Shown here: positions 1-9,862 of the stretch, piece after piece
How positions within the stretch are numbered: the stretch's first letter is position 1
Layout: the number at the start of each line of letters is the position of its first letter
Origin: Oscillospiraceae bacterium
Lineage (GTDB): Bacteria > Bacillota > Clostridia > Oscillospirales > Ruminococcaceae
Direction of reading: 5' to 3'
Length of the DNA stretch: 64,000 nt
NCBI GenBank assembly: GCA_045544715.1
Contig: JAZPZN010000108.1
Span: forward strand, 8,163-72,162
Translations under genes and position numbers: made by a program
Notes under the pieces: generated by a model
What the model saw: the letters and a program-made list of their open reading frames with translations, nothing else
Databases searched by the model: none
What the model was told of the DNA's origin: nothing

Positions 1-226
1 CAGGGCAGAGATCTGCGCTGCCAACAACATCCTTGCAGCAAGCAGTGGAAAAGCCCATCTCACCGCATATCTTCATCATCTCGTCAAGGGCACGCTTCGG
101 CTCTTTGCCGAAAGGTGCGCCATCCTGCGGCTCACCCTTCACACTGGGTATCTCGACCAGGCGAGAGAGTGTTGCCAACATTTCGTCCTTGTGGGAATAG
201 ATATATTCTTTGATCTTATTCTGCAT
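1..226 (-). CDS. M20/Sapep-family (PepV-like) dipeptidase, 5' part only (runs off window start)
   Basis: Manual translation from ATG at 226: MQNKIKEYIYSHKDEMLATLSRLVEIPSVKGEPQDGAPFGKEPKRALDEMMKICGEMGF. The LVxIPSV...GAPFG..P..AL pattern is typical of PepV N-termini; AGGAG RBS upstream. Confidence 0.75.
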   Translation of the reverse strand, partial: MQNKIKEYIYSHKDEMLATLSRLVEIPSVKGEPQDGAPFGKEPKRALDEMMKICGEMGFSTACCKDVVGSADLCP

Positions 227-267
227 TTTCTTACTCCTGTTACTTTTTTATAGACGAGTTATATCAA

Positions 268-1638
268 TCATACCTTCAGCTTCTCCGCAATCATCTCTGC
301 GACCTTATAAACATCACCACAGCCGAGTGTTATGATCAGATCACCTGCCTCGGCATTTTCTGCAACATACTGCGCTACTTCCTCAAATGTGGTGCGCCAC
401 TCGCAGCCATCGATCTTCTCTGCTAGATCCTTTGAATAGATGTTGTAGGTATTCTTCTCACGACTGCCCATGATCTCAGTCAAAACCACTTTGTCAGCAA
501 TAGCGAGTGCCTCTGCAAACTCATCAAGCAGCATCGCAGTTCTTGAGTAGGTGAAAGGCTGATGCACCGCCCACACACGCTTGAAGCTCATCTTCTTTGC
601 AGTGTTGAGAGTTACAGACACCTCCGCCGGGTGATGGGCATAATCATCGGCAATAGTAATTCCGTTGACCTCTGCAATGCGCTCAAATCGGCGAACCGTT
701 CCATTGTAGCTTTCAAGTCCGTCACGCAATGCTTCAATCGGTATTCCCGCCGAATATGCCGCAGCACAAGCCGCCACTGCATTGTAGACATTGTGTATTC
801 CAGGCACATGGATAGTAATATTGCAAAGCACTTCGCCCTTGTGCATAAGGTTAAAATCTGTATGGAAATCACTGACCACATTTATATCCTCAGCATAGAA
901 ATCATTGTTTGATGTCTTACCGAAGGTTATCACTCTAGCCGCAGATCCGCTGTTTTTAACAGCCTCCATAGTGTTATCATCGTCGCCGTTTGCAATTATC
1001 ATATCAGTGGTCTTTTTACAAAACTTTGAAAAACTCAGCTTTAAGTTTTCCATCGTTTTGAAATAGTCAATGTGATCTCTATCGATGTTTAATATCACCG
1101 AAATATCAGGAAACAGCTTCAGAAACGTATCGACAAACTCGCATGCCTCACATACCATATATTCGCTCTTACCTGCCCTGCCGCTGCCACCGATATTCTT
1201 AAGCTTTCCACCTATGACCGCCGACATATCGATGCCTGCCGCCAACAATATCAGCGTCAGCATTGAGGATGTGGTAGTTTTTCCGTGGGTGCCCGAAACG
1301 CAGAATGCCTTGCTATACCAGCTTGTAACTAAGCCTAACAGCTCACTGCGCTCTATAGTCAGCACTCCGCTTGCCTTTGCTGCGCACAGCTCGGGATTGT
1401 CTGCCATTATTGCCGCCGTGTGAACCACAAGGTCTGCGCCCTCCAGATTTTGGGGGTCATGACCGAGGAATACAGGAATCCCCATTTTTCTCACTGCATC
1501 AAGGGTTGCGGTCTCATTATTGTCAGAGCCTGTAAGATAATAGCCCTGCGTGTGGAGTATCTGCGCCAACGGATACATTCCACTGCCGCCGATGCCTATA
1601 AAATGAATGTGCTTTTTACCTAGAAGAAAGTTCTCCAT
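268..1638 (-). CDS. murC: UDP-N-acetylmuramate--L-alanine ligase
   Basis: HFIGIGGSGM, GTHGKTTTS, EACE, DDYAHHPAE and GCGD motifs; 456 aa. Confidence 0.96.
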   Translation of the reverse strand: MENFLLGKKHIHFIGIGGSGMYPLAQILHTQGYYLTGSDNNETATLDAVRKMGIPVFLGHDPQNLEGADLVVHTAAIMADNPELCAAKASGVLTIERSELLGLVTSWYSKAFCVSGTHGKTTTSSMLTLILLAAGIDMSAVIGGKLKNIGGSGRAGKSEYMVCEACEFVDTFLKLFPDISVILNIDRDHIDYFKTMENLKLSFSKFCKKTTDMIIANGDDDNTMEAVKNSGSAARVITFGKTSNNDFYAEDINVVSDFHTDFNLMHKGEVLCNITIHVPGIHNVYNAVAACAAAYSAGIPIEALRDGLESYNGTVRRFERIAEVNGITIADDYAHHPAEVSVTLNTAKKMSFKRVWAVHQPFTYSRTAMLLDEFAEALAIADKVVLTEIMGSREKNTYNIYSKDLAEKIDGCEWRTTFEEVAQYVAENAEAGDLIITLGCGDVYKVAEMIAEKLKV

Positions 1639-1767
1639 ATAAATATTACGATCCTTTCCTGCAAATGTTTAAAAGTAATATGCGTATATCAGAAATAATT
1701 ATGAATAATCCTCCGCAAAAATTACCACAATAGTGCTGTCACAATTTTTACCCTTTGGAGGAACACT

Positions 1768-2025
1768 ATGGAAATCAGCGACATCAAAATCAGAAAAACT
1801 ATGCATGATGGCAGACTGCGTGCTGTGGTATCGATAACGATCGATAATGCCATCGCCATCCACGATATCAAACTCGTTCAAGGAGATGAGCGTATGTTTG
1901 TGGCTATGCCCAGCCGTCGTGAGGAAAGCGGAGCATTCCGTGATATCATCCACCCTATTTCTGCAAACGTGCGTGAAAAGATAGAAGAGCAGATACTTGA
2001 TGCCTACAACAGTTACATTCAGTGA
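1768..2025 (+). CDS. spoVG: SpoVG-family DNA/RNA-binding protein
   Basis: ISDIKIR...LRAVVSITID..IAIHDIKLVQG....FVAMPSR......FRDIIHPI; GGAGG RBS. Confidence 0.9.
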   Translation: MEISDIKIRKTMHDGRLRAVVSITIDNAIAIHDIKLVQGDERMFVAMPSRREESGAFRDIIHPISANVREKIEEQILDAYNSYIQ

Positions 2026-2561
2026 CCTGCGCTTACAAGCACCTTTGTTTTTAGGATAGCTATCTGAGTTTTAGCGTCCTGTATCTCATTATTCATTATC
2101 ATTTCTACCGCTTTATCGAGCGGTATTTTTTCTACATCTAAGAATTCGCCATCATCCAGCTTCTGCTCACCGTAGTGCAGACCTCTTGCGAGATACATGT
2201 GTATCACCTCGCTGCAATATGCAGGTGTAGGCGCAAGGCTGCCAAGATAGGTGTATTCATCGCAGGTGCAGCCAGCCTCCTCTTTCAGCTCACGCAGACC
2301 GCACTCATGATGGCTCTCGCCGTATTCCAGCTTACCAGCAGGTATCTCTATCATCACCTTGTCATGGGGATAGCGGAACTGCCTTACAAACAACACATTT
2401 CCATCCTCGTCAAGAGGTACGACGCAAACTCCACCCGGATGTCTTATTACCTCACGGGAGGCAATACTGCCATCCTCCACCTCTACCATATCCTTATACA
2501 GTTTGACAATATGACCGTCAAACTTTTGCTCACTGGATACCATTTTCTCATGTAAGTGCAT
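2019..2561 (-). CDS. nudF: NUDIX hydrolase (ADP-ribose pyrophosphatase-like)
   Basis: REVIRHPGGV, QFRYP, Nudix box EIPAGKLEYGESHHECGLRELKEEAG, QDAKT. Confidence 0.85.
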   Translation of the reverse strand: MHLHEKMVSSEQKFDGHIVKLYKDMVEVEDGSIASREVIRHPGGVCVVPLDEDGNVLFVRQFRYPHDKVMIEIPAGKLEYGESHHECGLRELKEEAGCTCDEYTYLGSLAPTPAYCSEVIHMYLARGLHYGEQKLDDGEFLDVEKIPLDKAVEMIMNNEIQDAKTQIAILKTKVLVSAGH

Positions 2562-2569
2562 AAAAACTC

Positions 2570-5218
2570 CTATTCTATCTCGTCATTGTTTTTGCTGTCA
2601 AGCTCCTGCATCACTCGATAAGCCTCATCATCCTCAGTAATGTGTGAGGTGCGCTCCTTTGGCTGGATACTGTCAAAATCATAGCGTGACATATCCATGA
2701 ATTCCTCTTCGACATCAGGCCACTGCAATGCCTCCTCTTCAGCAACATTTGTCCTGCCCTTTTCAGGGCAGTTGTAAATCTGCTTTGAAAGCTGCGAAAT
2801 GTATGCTTTGTGCGCCTTAACACCCTCAATCTGATCATACTGATACAAATGTGCAAAGGATTTAGGTCGTCTGCGCAACACAAACCACCATACAACAAAG
2901 TATGCCATCAGCAGCACTGCAGCAACAATAGTCATTATGATGCCAAGTTTAATACCTGGAGTTGTATAGGTGAAGCGTATCTCCTGAATGCCCTGCGGAA
3001 CCCTAATTGCCACAAAGCCTCCGTTGACCTTTTCGACATCAACACTTGTGCCGCCTACTGCTGCGCTCCATCCCTTGTCGAATGGCACGCTGAACACCAC
3101 AAGCTCATCACTCTCATAATTCGTCATGGCGGTAAATCCCGTATTGTTAACGTTGAACTGTATGATGCCTGATGCAATGCGATCCTCAGCGTCCTCAACA
3201 AAACGCTCATAGGTGGTAACATTCTCCTCATCCTCAGGAATAAGTGTGAGTATATCAGAGTATTTCTCAGCCTGCTCCTCGGTGAGCACTACGCTACGCA
3301 TCATCAGCTTGTCAGCAGCGCCTTTTTTCTTAGCATCCTCCAACAAAATATAGCTATCGTATGAATATCCCATGGGAAGAGCATAGTTGTTTTCGTATAT
3401 TTCATAATCTCCCTGTGTTTCACGATAGGTAAAGGTGGTAAGGCTGTCAAGAGCTTCCTGCTTTTCCTCCTCATCATGATCGGCACGAACTATGAAGTAT
3501 TTGGTATTTGTCAGAGATCTCAGAGCATAACGATCATGCTCAGGATCGGAGTTTACATCACGCTTGATGGAAAGCAGATCATACAACTCAAAAGTGGAGC
3601 TTGGAATTATGCTCGTAAAGCTCAGCAGACCGCTCTGATCCCACAGCATATTTGCATTTTTGATCTCACCAAAGGACTCGATACGATAAAAGCTTGCATC
3701 CTCTATCCTAATATCAGCACTCACCGTCTTGTTATAATCGCCGATGTAGGGTCCGAGTATCCTTCCGTAACCCACGAAGTAATATCCCAGCATCATGCTA
3801 CAGGCGATGGTCGCTGCGCAAGCTTTATTAAGGAACTCCGTTGTTGTGCTTTTTTTATGCATACGGATAAGAAATCCTAGTACCACCAGCATTCCTGCGG
3901 CAACTGCAAACTGGATGTACAGCACGGGAGACATATCATTGAGAAAGTTCGGCAAAATACGATCTGCCTTTTCTACAGTTCCATCTGCCGCAGTTATCTC
4001 ATATTCCTGTGTGGTAGGATGCAACATTACCACCGCTGCAATAGCTCCTGCAACAACTGCGCAGGACTTCAATCCGAACTTGAGGTCACACTCCCTGCGC
4101 TCTAGCGTATATACTGTTGCAAAGCAACAGATAAGCTCCGGCATATAGAACCAGCGAGTATAAAAATTGTTGTTCAGCAGCACAAACAACGCATTAAGTC
4201 CGGGCACTAATGCCATTGCAAGACATACTGGCAACACCGCCCTTGCCCAGTGGCCCTTTGCATCCTTTACAAATGCAATAACTCCTGCCATCGAAAACAA
4301 TGGCAGATACAACGCAACGCTTGACCACTTTGCATTTGCCTCAGTAAACATCAACGACCTCGCAGGCACCTCGGGCGGAAAGAATATTCCTTCCAATATC
4401 AGCCCGTAGCGCTGCTCATAACCGTAGAACAGGAAATTTGTATCCGACAATATATTTGTAGATCTAGGTACATCCAGCACCTGATATATCGACGGCACGA
4501 ACAGTATTCCCGCCAGCATCACACCTGCGATGCTCTCAAAGCCTAAACAGAAGAAATCCCCTGCTTTAATACGGAAATCCTTGCTCATACAAAGTCTTGC
4601 GACAAAATATATCACAAGAAATACACACTCTCCAATGAAGAAAAAATAATTAACGAACGCATTAAGCGCCACTGCCAACGCAAACACCACTCTGCGTTTG
4701 TTTACAACAGCCTCCTCCAGCCCTATCAGCAGCAGGGGAAAGAACACCATCGCCTCATGGAAGTGATTAAAGAATATGTTATACAATGAAAAACCCGAAA
4801 AAGCATACAAAATACCTGCGATAACGGCACTCTGCGGCTTTGTTACAAATCTGCGCACATACATAAATGCGAAGAGTGAGCAAAGCCCTAGCTTTAGAGC
4901 CAGCAGCGGTGCCATCAGATACTGCGAAACACTAGCAGGAAACAATGCAGCCAGCCAGAAGAACGGGCTGCCAAGAGTATAAAAGCTGTAGCTTCCCACA
5001 AAATTTACACCGAGGTCTGTCTGCCAGTTCCATCCAAAATTTCCATCATGCACTGCTTCGATGCAAGTCTTGTAAAATGGTATCTGCTGCGCATTATAGT
5101 CGCCGTAATAAACAAAATATCCTCCGTCTATCACTACAAATGGAAGCAACAGCACCAGCCCCATTATAAACGCTATCAGAAAGGCATTTCTATAATATTT
5201 CTTTTCCTGTTTAAGCAT
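2570..5218 (-). CDS. YfhO-family polytopic membrane glycosyltransferase (GT-C fold), copy B with acidic C-terminal tail
   Basis: GDYNAQQIPF, YTLGSPFFWL, LYAFSGF, FFNHFHE, many TM segments, VVFSVPFDKGW, YTTPG. Likely start MLKQEKK at 5218 (track starts at 5275). Confidence 0.85.
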   Translation of the reverse strand: MLKQEKKYYRNAFLIAFIMGLVLLLPFVVIDGGYFVYYGDYNAQQIPFYKTCIEAVHDGNFGWNWQTDLGVNFVGSYSFYTLGSPFFWLAALFPASVSQYLMAPLLALKLGLCSLFAFMYVRRFVTKPQSAVIAGILYAFSGFSLYNIFFNHFHEAMVFFPLLLIGLEEAVVNKRRVVFALAVALNAFVNYFFFIGECVFLVIYFVARLCMSKDFRIKAGDFFCLGFESIAGVMLAGILFVPSIYQVLDVPRSTNILSDTNFLFYGYEQRYGLILEGIFFPPEVPARSLMFTEANAKWSSVALYLPLFSMAGVIAFVKDAKGHWARAVLPVCLAMALVPGLNALFVLLNNNFYTRWFYMPELICCFATVYTLERRECDLKFGLKSCAVVAGAIAAVVMLHPTTQEYEITAADGTVEKADRILPNFLNDMSPVLYIQFAVAAGMLVVLGFLIRMHKKSTTTEFLNKACAATIACSMMLGYYFVGYGRILGPYIGDYNKTVSADIRIEDASFYRIESFGEIKNANMLWDQSGLLSFTSIIPSSTFELYDLLSIKRDVNSDPEHDRYALRSLTNTKYFIVRADHDEEEKQEALDSLTTFTYRETQGDYEIYENNYALPMGYSYDSYILLEDAKKKGAADKLMMRSVVLTEEQAEKYSDILTLIPEDEENVTTYERFVEDAEDRIASGIIQFNVNNTGFTAMTNYESDELVVFSVPFDKGWSAAVGGTSVDVEKVNGGFVAIRVPQGIQEIRFTYTTPGIKLGIIMTIVAAVLLMAYFVVWWFVLRRRPKSFAHLYQYDQIEGVKAHKAYISQLSKQIYNCPEKGRTNVAEEEALQWPDVEEEFMDMSRYDFDSIQPKERTSHITEDDEAYRVMQELDSKNNDEIE

Positions 5219-5223
5219 TGTCT

Positions 5224-7641
5224 TTATCCCTTGTTCTGTATATCTGTGCGAATAGTAGCACTCTTCTCTTCGCATCTTTGCTCGCTCTTATCCTTTTTGC
5301 GAAGTATGTGCCAAAGCAAAAACCATGCAGCTATCATGGCTGCGCCAGCTGCAGTAAGCACTGCCCCTAATGTGCGCCCCGGTGTGGTATAAATAAATCT
5401 GATATCACTTTCACCTGCAGGAACACGCACTGCTATAAATCCACCGTTGACAGAATCTATCTCTGCCTCATTACCGTTTATCGTGCAGCTCCAGCCCTTA
5501 TCAAACGGCACACTGAAAACCACCAGCTCATCGCTTTCGTAGCTGGTCTTGACGCTGAAATTCTGATTTTCATCGATCACAAACTCGTCAACACCTGCCG
5601 CTATCCTAGCCTTTGCATCTTCCTTGAAACGCTCCAGCGTGAGTGTTTCATCAGATATCAAATCTTCAGAAATAGGCGTAAGCATATCAGCATATTTTTC
5701 TGCCTGCTGCTCATCTAGGATTACAGCAGATATCATCAGCTTGTCGTTAGTGCTGACCTCTGCCTCCTCAAGACCAGTAAGCTTAGCACGGGCTGCGCTC
5801 AATGGCGCATACTCGTCATAAGTAAATCCCATGGGAAGCGCATAATCATTTTTAAGTATCGTATAACCGTCGCTTTTTGCGTATTCCTCATAGATCACAT
5901 ATCCGAGGCTTTCGGGCTTGGAATATGCCCTTATCTTGCCTACAGCGTATTTTGCTGAAGTATATGACATAAAAGCATACATATCGGTAGGAGTTCCTGA
6001 TATATTGCCACGCTCAATACCCAACAGCTCATAGATGCTGTATACCGAAGCGGGAACGATACTATGAAAACAATCAGCAGACGGATATCCCAACATCATA
6101 GCAAGATTGTGATACCCGAAGGGCTCAATGCGGTAAAAATCATCATCCTCAATTTCCACCTCAGCACTGACATTTTCCGTTATATATCCGGGATAAACAC
6201 TATCTAAACGCAAAGCCGAATGATAATATATATTGACCGCAAAGCAACACAACACCACTGCTGATGTCATCTGAGTAACGAGCTTTGCCCTGCCCTGCTT
6301 CATATACACCTTTATTACTATAGCTACTACTATAACACTGATTATTGCTACAGCAATAGTAACATAGGTATGCAGCTCTACAAAACCTGTAAGTATGATT
6401 GGTACTAGTTTTTGGATATCCGGATCCACCGCCCTGTCAATTGGATGCAGGAGATATAACAATGACGATGCCACAACGATAATACCGCACACCTTATTGC
6501 CCCATCCGATATCATATTCGTCGCTTTCAAGGGCTCTTACCGTCATCATACACATCACGAGTATCGGCATATACAGCCACCTGCCGTAAAACTGCGCATT
6601 GAACAACACAAATACTGAATTAAATGCGGGGATCAGCAGTATCACTCCGCATACCAGCGTAAGCACACTCGCCCAGTGCTTTTTATTGCCCTTTATGAAC
6701 GCAAACACCCCTGCCATCGACAATAATGGGATATATAAGCTGACGCTGGACCAATTCGTCTCTGCATCGGGGAATACATAACTTGTATATGCATACTCAG
6801 GCATAAAAAACAGCGACTCAAAAAAGAAACCGTATCTCTCCGACGGATGCACAAAAATACCGTTATCTGAAATAAAGCTTGTCGCCCTCGGCACATCAAG
6901 CACCTGATATATCGACGGCACGAACAATATTCCCGCCAGCATAACACCTACGATGCTTTCAAATGCAAGGCTGAAAAAATCTATCTTCGTGATGCGGAAG
7001 CTCTTATCCATCCACATCCTTATCACGAAATAAATGACAAGAAACACTACCTCGCCAATAAAGAAGTAGTAATTCACCAACGCACTAAGAGCTACTGCCA
7101 GCGCAAAAAAGCCCTTGCGCTTTTGATTTACAGCCTCTTCCAGTGCCACCAGCAGCAACGGAAAAAAGCAGATAACATCGTGGAAATGATTAAACACCAC
7201 ATTGAGCATAGCATAACCCGACAGCGCATAGATGACACCGCCGAGCACAGCTGTATCGGCATTCTCCACAAAACGACGGATATAAATAAACGCAAAAGCC
7301 GATGCTAGACCTGTTTTAAGTGCCAGCATCGGTGCGACTAAATACGGTGCAAGCCAGGAAGGAAACAATGCCGTCAGCCAGAAGAACGGACTTCCCAGCG
7401 TATAAAAGCTGTATGAACCTAAAAAATTAACGCCGAGGTCTGTATACCAGTTCCAGCCAAAGTCTCCGCCCTGCACCGCTTTCACACACAGCTCACCAAA
7501 GGTGAGCTGTTGAGAATTAAAATCTCCGTAATAGTTCATTACACCACCGTCGTGAACGGCGATTGCACCAAACACTATCAGAGAGATAAAAAACGGAAAA
7601 AAGAAAGCATACAAAAAATATTTAATTTCTTTTATTCTCAT
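5224..7641 (-). CDS. YfhO-family polytopic membrane glycosyltransferase, copy A
   Basis: Paralog of the downstream gene: GDFNSQQ, YTLGSPFFWL, VFNHFHD, VVFSVPFDKGW, YTTPG. Confidence 0.85.
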   Translation of the reverse strand: MRIKEIKYFLYAFFFPFFISLIVFGAIAVHDGGVMNYYGDFNSQQLTFGELCVKAVQGGDFGWNWYTDLGVNFLGSYSFYTLGSPFFWLTALFPSWLAPYLVAPMLALKTGLASAFAFIYIRRFVENADTAVLGGVIYALSGYAMLNVVFNHFHDVICFFPLLLVALEEAVNQKRKGFFALAVALSALVNYYFFIGEVVFLVIYFVIRMWMDKSFRITKIDFFSLAFESIVGVMLAGILFVPSIYQVLDVPRATSFISDNGIFVHPSERYGFFFESLFFMPEYAYTSYVFPDAETNWSSVSLYIPLLSMAGVFAFIKGNKKHWASVLTLVCGVILLIPAFNSVFVLFNAQFYGRWLYMPILVMCMMTVRALESDEYDIGWGNKVCGIIVVASSLLYLLHPIDRAVDPDIQKLVPIILTGFVELHTYVTIAVAIISVIVVAIVIKVYMKQGRAKLVTQMTSAVVLCCFAVNIYYHSALRLDSVYPGYITENVSAEVEIEDDDFYRIEPFGYHNLAMMLGYPSADCFHSIVPASVYSIYELLGIERGNISGTPTDMYAFMSYTSAKYAVGKIRAYSKPESLGYVIYEEYAKSDGYTILKNDYALPMGFTYDEYAPLSAARAKLTGLEEAEVSTNDKLMISAVILDEQQAEKYADMLTPISEDLISDETLTLERFKEDAKARIAAGVDEFVIDENQNFSVKTSYESDELVVFSVPFDKGWSCTINGNEAEIDSVNGGFIAVRVPAGESDIRFIYTTPGRTLGAVLTAAGAAMIAAWFLLWHILRKKDKSEQRCEEKSATIRTDIQNKG

Positions 7642-7642
7642 A

Positions 7643-9400
7643 TCACATCTTCTCAGGTGCCTCGACCTTTAACAACGCAAGCACATTGCGCAGGGTGTTC
7701 CTTGTAGCGTCACACAGTGCAAGTCTGGAGAGCTTAACATCCTTATCAGCATCCTTGATAGAGCAGCTGTCGTAGAACTTGTGATAAGCCTGTGCCAGCT
7801 CAAAAGCATATCTGGTCAACGCAGAAGGATTGTACTCCTTAGCTGCGTCGTTTATCATCTCAGGCATCTCTGCCAGCTTACGGATAAGGGCAAGCTCAGC
7901 AGGCTCGCTGTAGCTTACAGCACCACCCTCATACTTAAAGCCCTCCTCTGCCTGCTTTTCGATAACACGGCAGATACGAGCATGGGCATACTGCACATAG
8001 AATACAGGGTTCTTGGAGGATTCCTCAACAGCAAGGTCAAGGTCGAATTCAAGATGAGTATCCGCATTTCTCAGGTTGAAGAAATATCTAGCTGCATCCA
8101 GCGGAACCTCATCAAGCAGAGTGGTAAGCGTGATAGCCTTACCGCTGCGCTTAGAGAGCTTGATAGGCTGACCGTCACGCACCAGCATTACCATCTGCAT
8201 GATAACAACATCAAGTCTGCTGTCGTCGATACCCATAGCGGAGAGCGCTATTCTCATTCTCTGCACATAGCCGTGATGGTCTGCGCCAAGAACATTGATA
8301 GCCTTGTCGTAACCACGGGTTACCAGCTTGTCATAGTGATAAGCAATATCGGGAACGATATATGTGGGGAATCCGTTTGCACGTACAAGTACGAAATCCT
8401 TGTCAGCACCGAAATCAGTAGCTCTCAGCCACAGAGCGCCCTCGCTCTCATAGGTGTGACCGCCTGCCTTGAGCTTTTCGATAACATCAGCAACTGCACC
8501 GTTGTTGTGCAGTGTGCTCTCCTTGAACCAGTTGTCATACTTGATACGATACTTCAGCAGGTCAGTTTCAAGTCTTGCCTCGTTGAGGGGCAGAGCGTAA
8601 GCGACCAGTGCCGCTCTTCTCTCCTCCTCGGAGCAGTCCGCAAACTTCTCACCGTTGATATCGTAGAAATTCTTAGCATGCTCAATGATGTCCTGACCGA
8701 GATATACATCCTCAGGCATAGCAAAAAGCTGACCCTCGCCGCTTTCGTCAAAGATAGCCTGTGTAAGCGCCTCCATCTCAGCGTTAGCCGCAATATACTT
8801 CTTGCCGTCCTCGCTGCAGAGCTGCATATAACGCAGAGAAAGGGACTTTCCGAACTTCTCAACCTGATTACCTGCATCGTTTATGTAGAACTCTCTGCTG
8901 ACATCATAGCCTGCCTCCTGAAGCAGGGAAGAAAGGCTGTCGCCGATAGCTCCGCCTCTTGCATTACCGATGTGCATAGGGCCTGTGGGATTTGCAGATA
9001 CGAACTCTACCAGCACTCTCTTACCCTTGCCGAGGTCGGTCTTGCCGTAGTCCTCGCCGAGGTCGATGATGCTCTTTACGACACCGCCGAACCAACTCTC
9101 ACCGATGAAGAAATTAAGGAATCCCGGACCTGCCACCTCGATCTTCTCAAAGCCTGTACCATCCAACACTGCTGCGTCAACTATCATCTGCGCAATAGCA
9201 CGAGGATTGTTCTTAAGCGCCTTTGCGGATACCAGCGCTGCATTTGCGGAAAAATCGCCGTGGCTTACATCCGCAGGGATAGTTACCTGAAAGGGAGGCA
9301 GCGGCTCAGCAGGGATCTTTCCTTCTGCTGTAAGTCTACCGAGTGCCTCCATGATTATGTCCTTTACCTGTGCTTTTGCTTCATTTACTGCGTTGTACAT
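7643..9400 (-). CDS. argS: Arginine--tRNA ligase
   Basis: VEFVSANPTGPMHIGNAR (HIGH), GADHHGY, LSKRSG (KMSK-like), YVQYAHARI, DALR-like C-terminus. Confidence 0.97.
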   Translation of the reverse strand: MYNAVNEAKAQVKDIIMEALGRLTAEGKIPAEPLPPFQVTIPADVSHGDFSANAALVSAKALKNNPRAIAQMIVDAAVLDGTGFEKIEVAGPGFLNFFIGESWFGGVVKSIIDLGEDYGKTDLGKGKRVLVEFVSANPTGPMHIGNARGGAIGDSLSSLLQEAGYDVSREFYINDAGNQVEKFGKSLSLRYMQLCSEDGKKYIAANAEMEALTQAIFDESGEGQLFAMPEDVYLGQDIIEHAKNFYDINGEKFADCSEEERRAALVAYALPLNEARLETDLLKYRIKYDNWFKESTLHNNGAVADVIEKLKAGGHTYESEGALWLRATDFGADKDFVLVRANGFPTYIVPDIAYHYDKLVTRGYDKAINVLGADHHGYVQRMRIALSAMGIDDSRLDVVIMQMVMLVRDGQPIKLSKRSGKAITLTTLLDEVPLDAARYFFNLRNADTHLEFDLDLAVEESSKNPVFYVQYAHARICRVIEKQAEEGFKYEGGAVSYSEPAELALIRKLAEMPEMINDAAKEYNPSALTRYAFELAQAYHKFYDSCSIKDADKDVKLSRLALCDATRNTLRNVLALLKVEAPEKM

Positions 9401-9402
9401 CT

Positions 9403-9843
9403 TTATGTCTCCTTTATTTTTTTGCTTTGCAGCTTTACACTGATGGTTATCTCATTCGTCAGCATAAGTCCTGCATTTACGTCTATGGTATATTTTACAT
9501 ACATCCTGCCGCCATCATCATCTATCGAGCTGTCAAGATTAACTGTGGTGATGCCTATCATGCAGTCGCCATATTCGGTGCCGTAATGACACAAATGCCT
9601 CTCGCCACGCTCAAATATAAGGCAGGAAAAAGCCGTGCCTGTGCGTGTCATAGTGACGGTGCTTCCCTCGATCTTCAGCTGTACATGGCTGCCGTTAAAG
9701 CCCGTAGCCTCGCTCTCATCATAGTCGATGAAGTATGCACCGCCGTGAGAGCGAAACTCACCCTTTGTGAACAGTTCAGCCTTGTCACTTTCATCATCGG
9801 CAGTCTGCACGATCTTCATTTTGATATTTGCGTTATTGTCCAA
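9403..9843 (-). CDS. DUF1934-family beta-barrel protein
   Basis: YFIDYDESE.TG....LKIEG..VTMTRTG......FERG.RH.CHYGTEYG...IGI; usual neighbour of argS in Firmicutes. Probable TTG start at 9843 after a GGAG RBS. Confidence 0.75.
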   Translation of the reverse strand: MDNNANIKMKIVQTADDESDKAELFTKGEFRSHGGAYFIDYDESEATGFNGSHVQLKIEGSTVTMTRTGTAFSCLIFERGERHLCHYGTEYGDCMIGITTVNLDSSIDDDGGRMYVKYTIDVNAGLMLTNEITISVKLQSKKIKET

Positions 9844-9862
9844 TCTTTTTACACTCCAAAAA

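Noticed and set aside
7781-9586. 601-aa antisense ORF over argS (similar shadows over mreB 29769-30734, proS 50714-51844, MCP, pilT)
   Set aside because: The argS shadow is in codon register with the sense gene, so stops arise only from TTA/CTA/TCA, which highly expressed genes avoid. No motifs or RBS; treated as codon-bias shadows.
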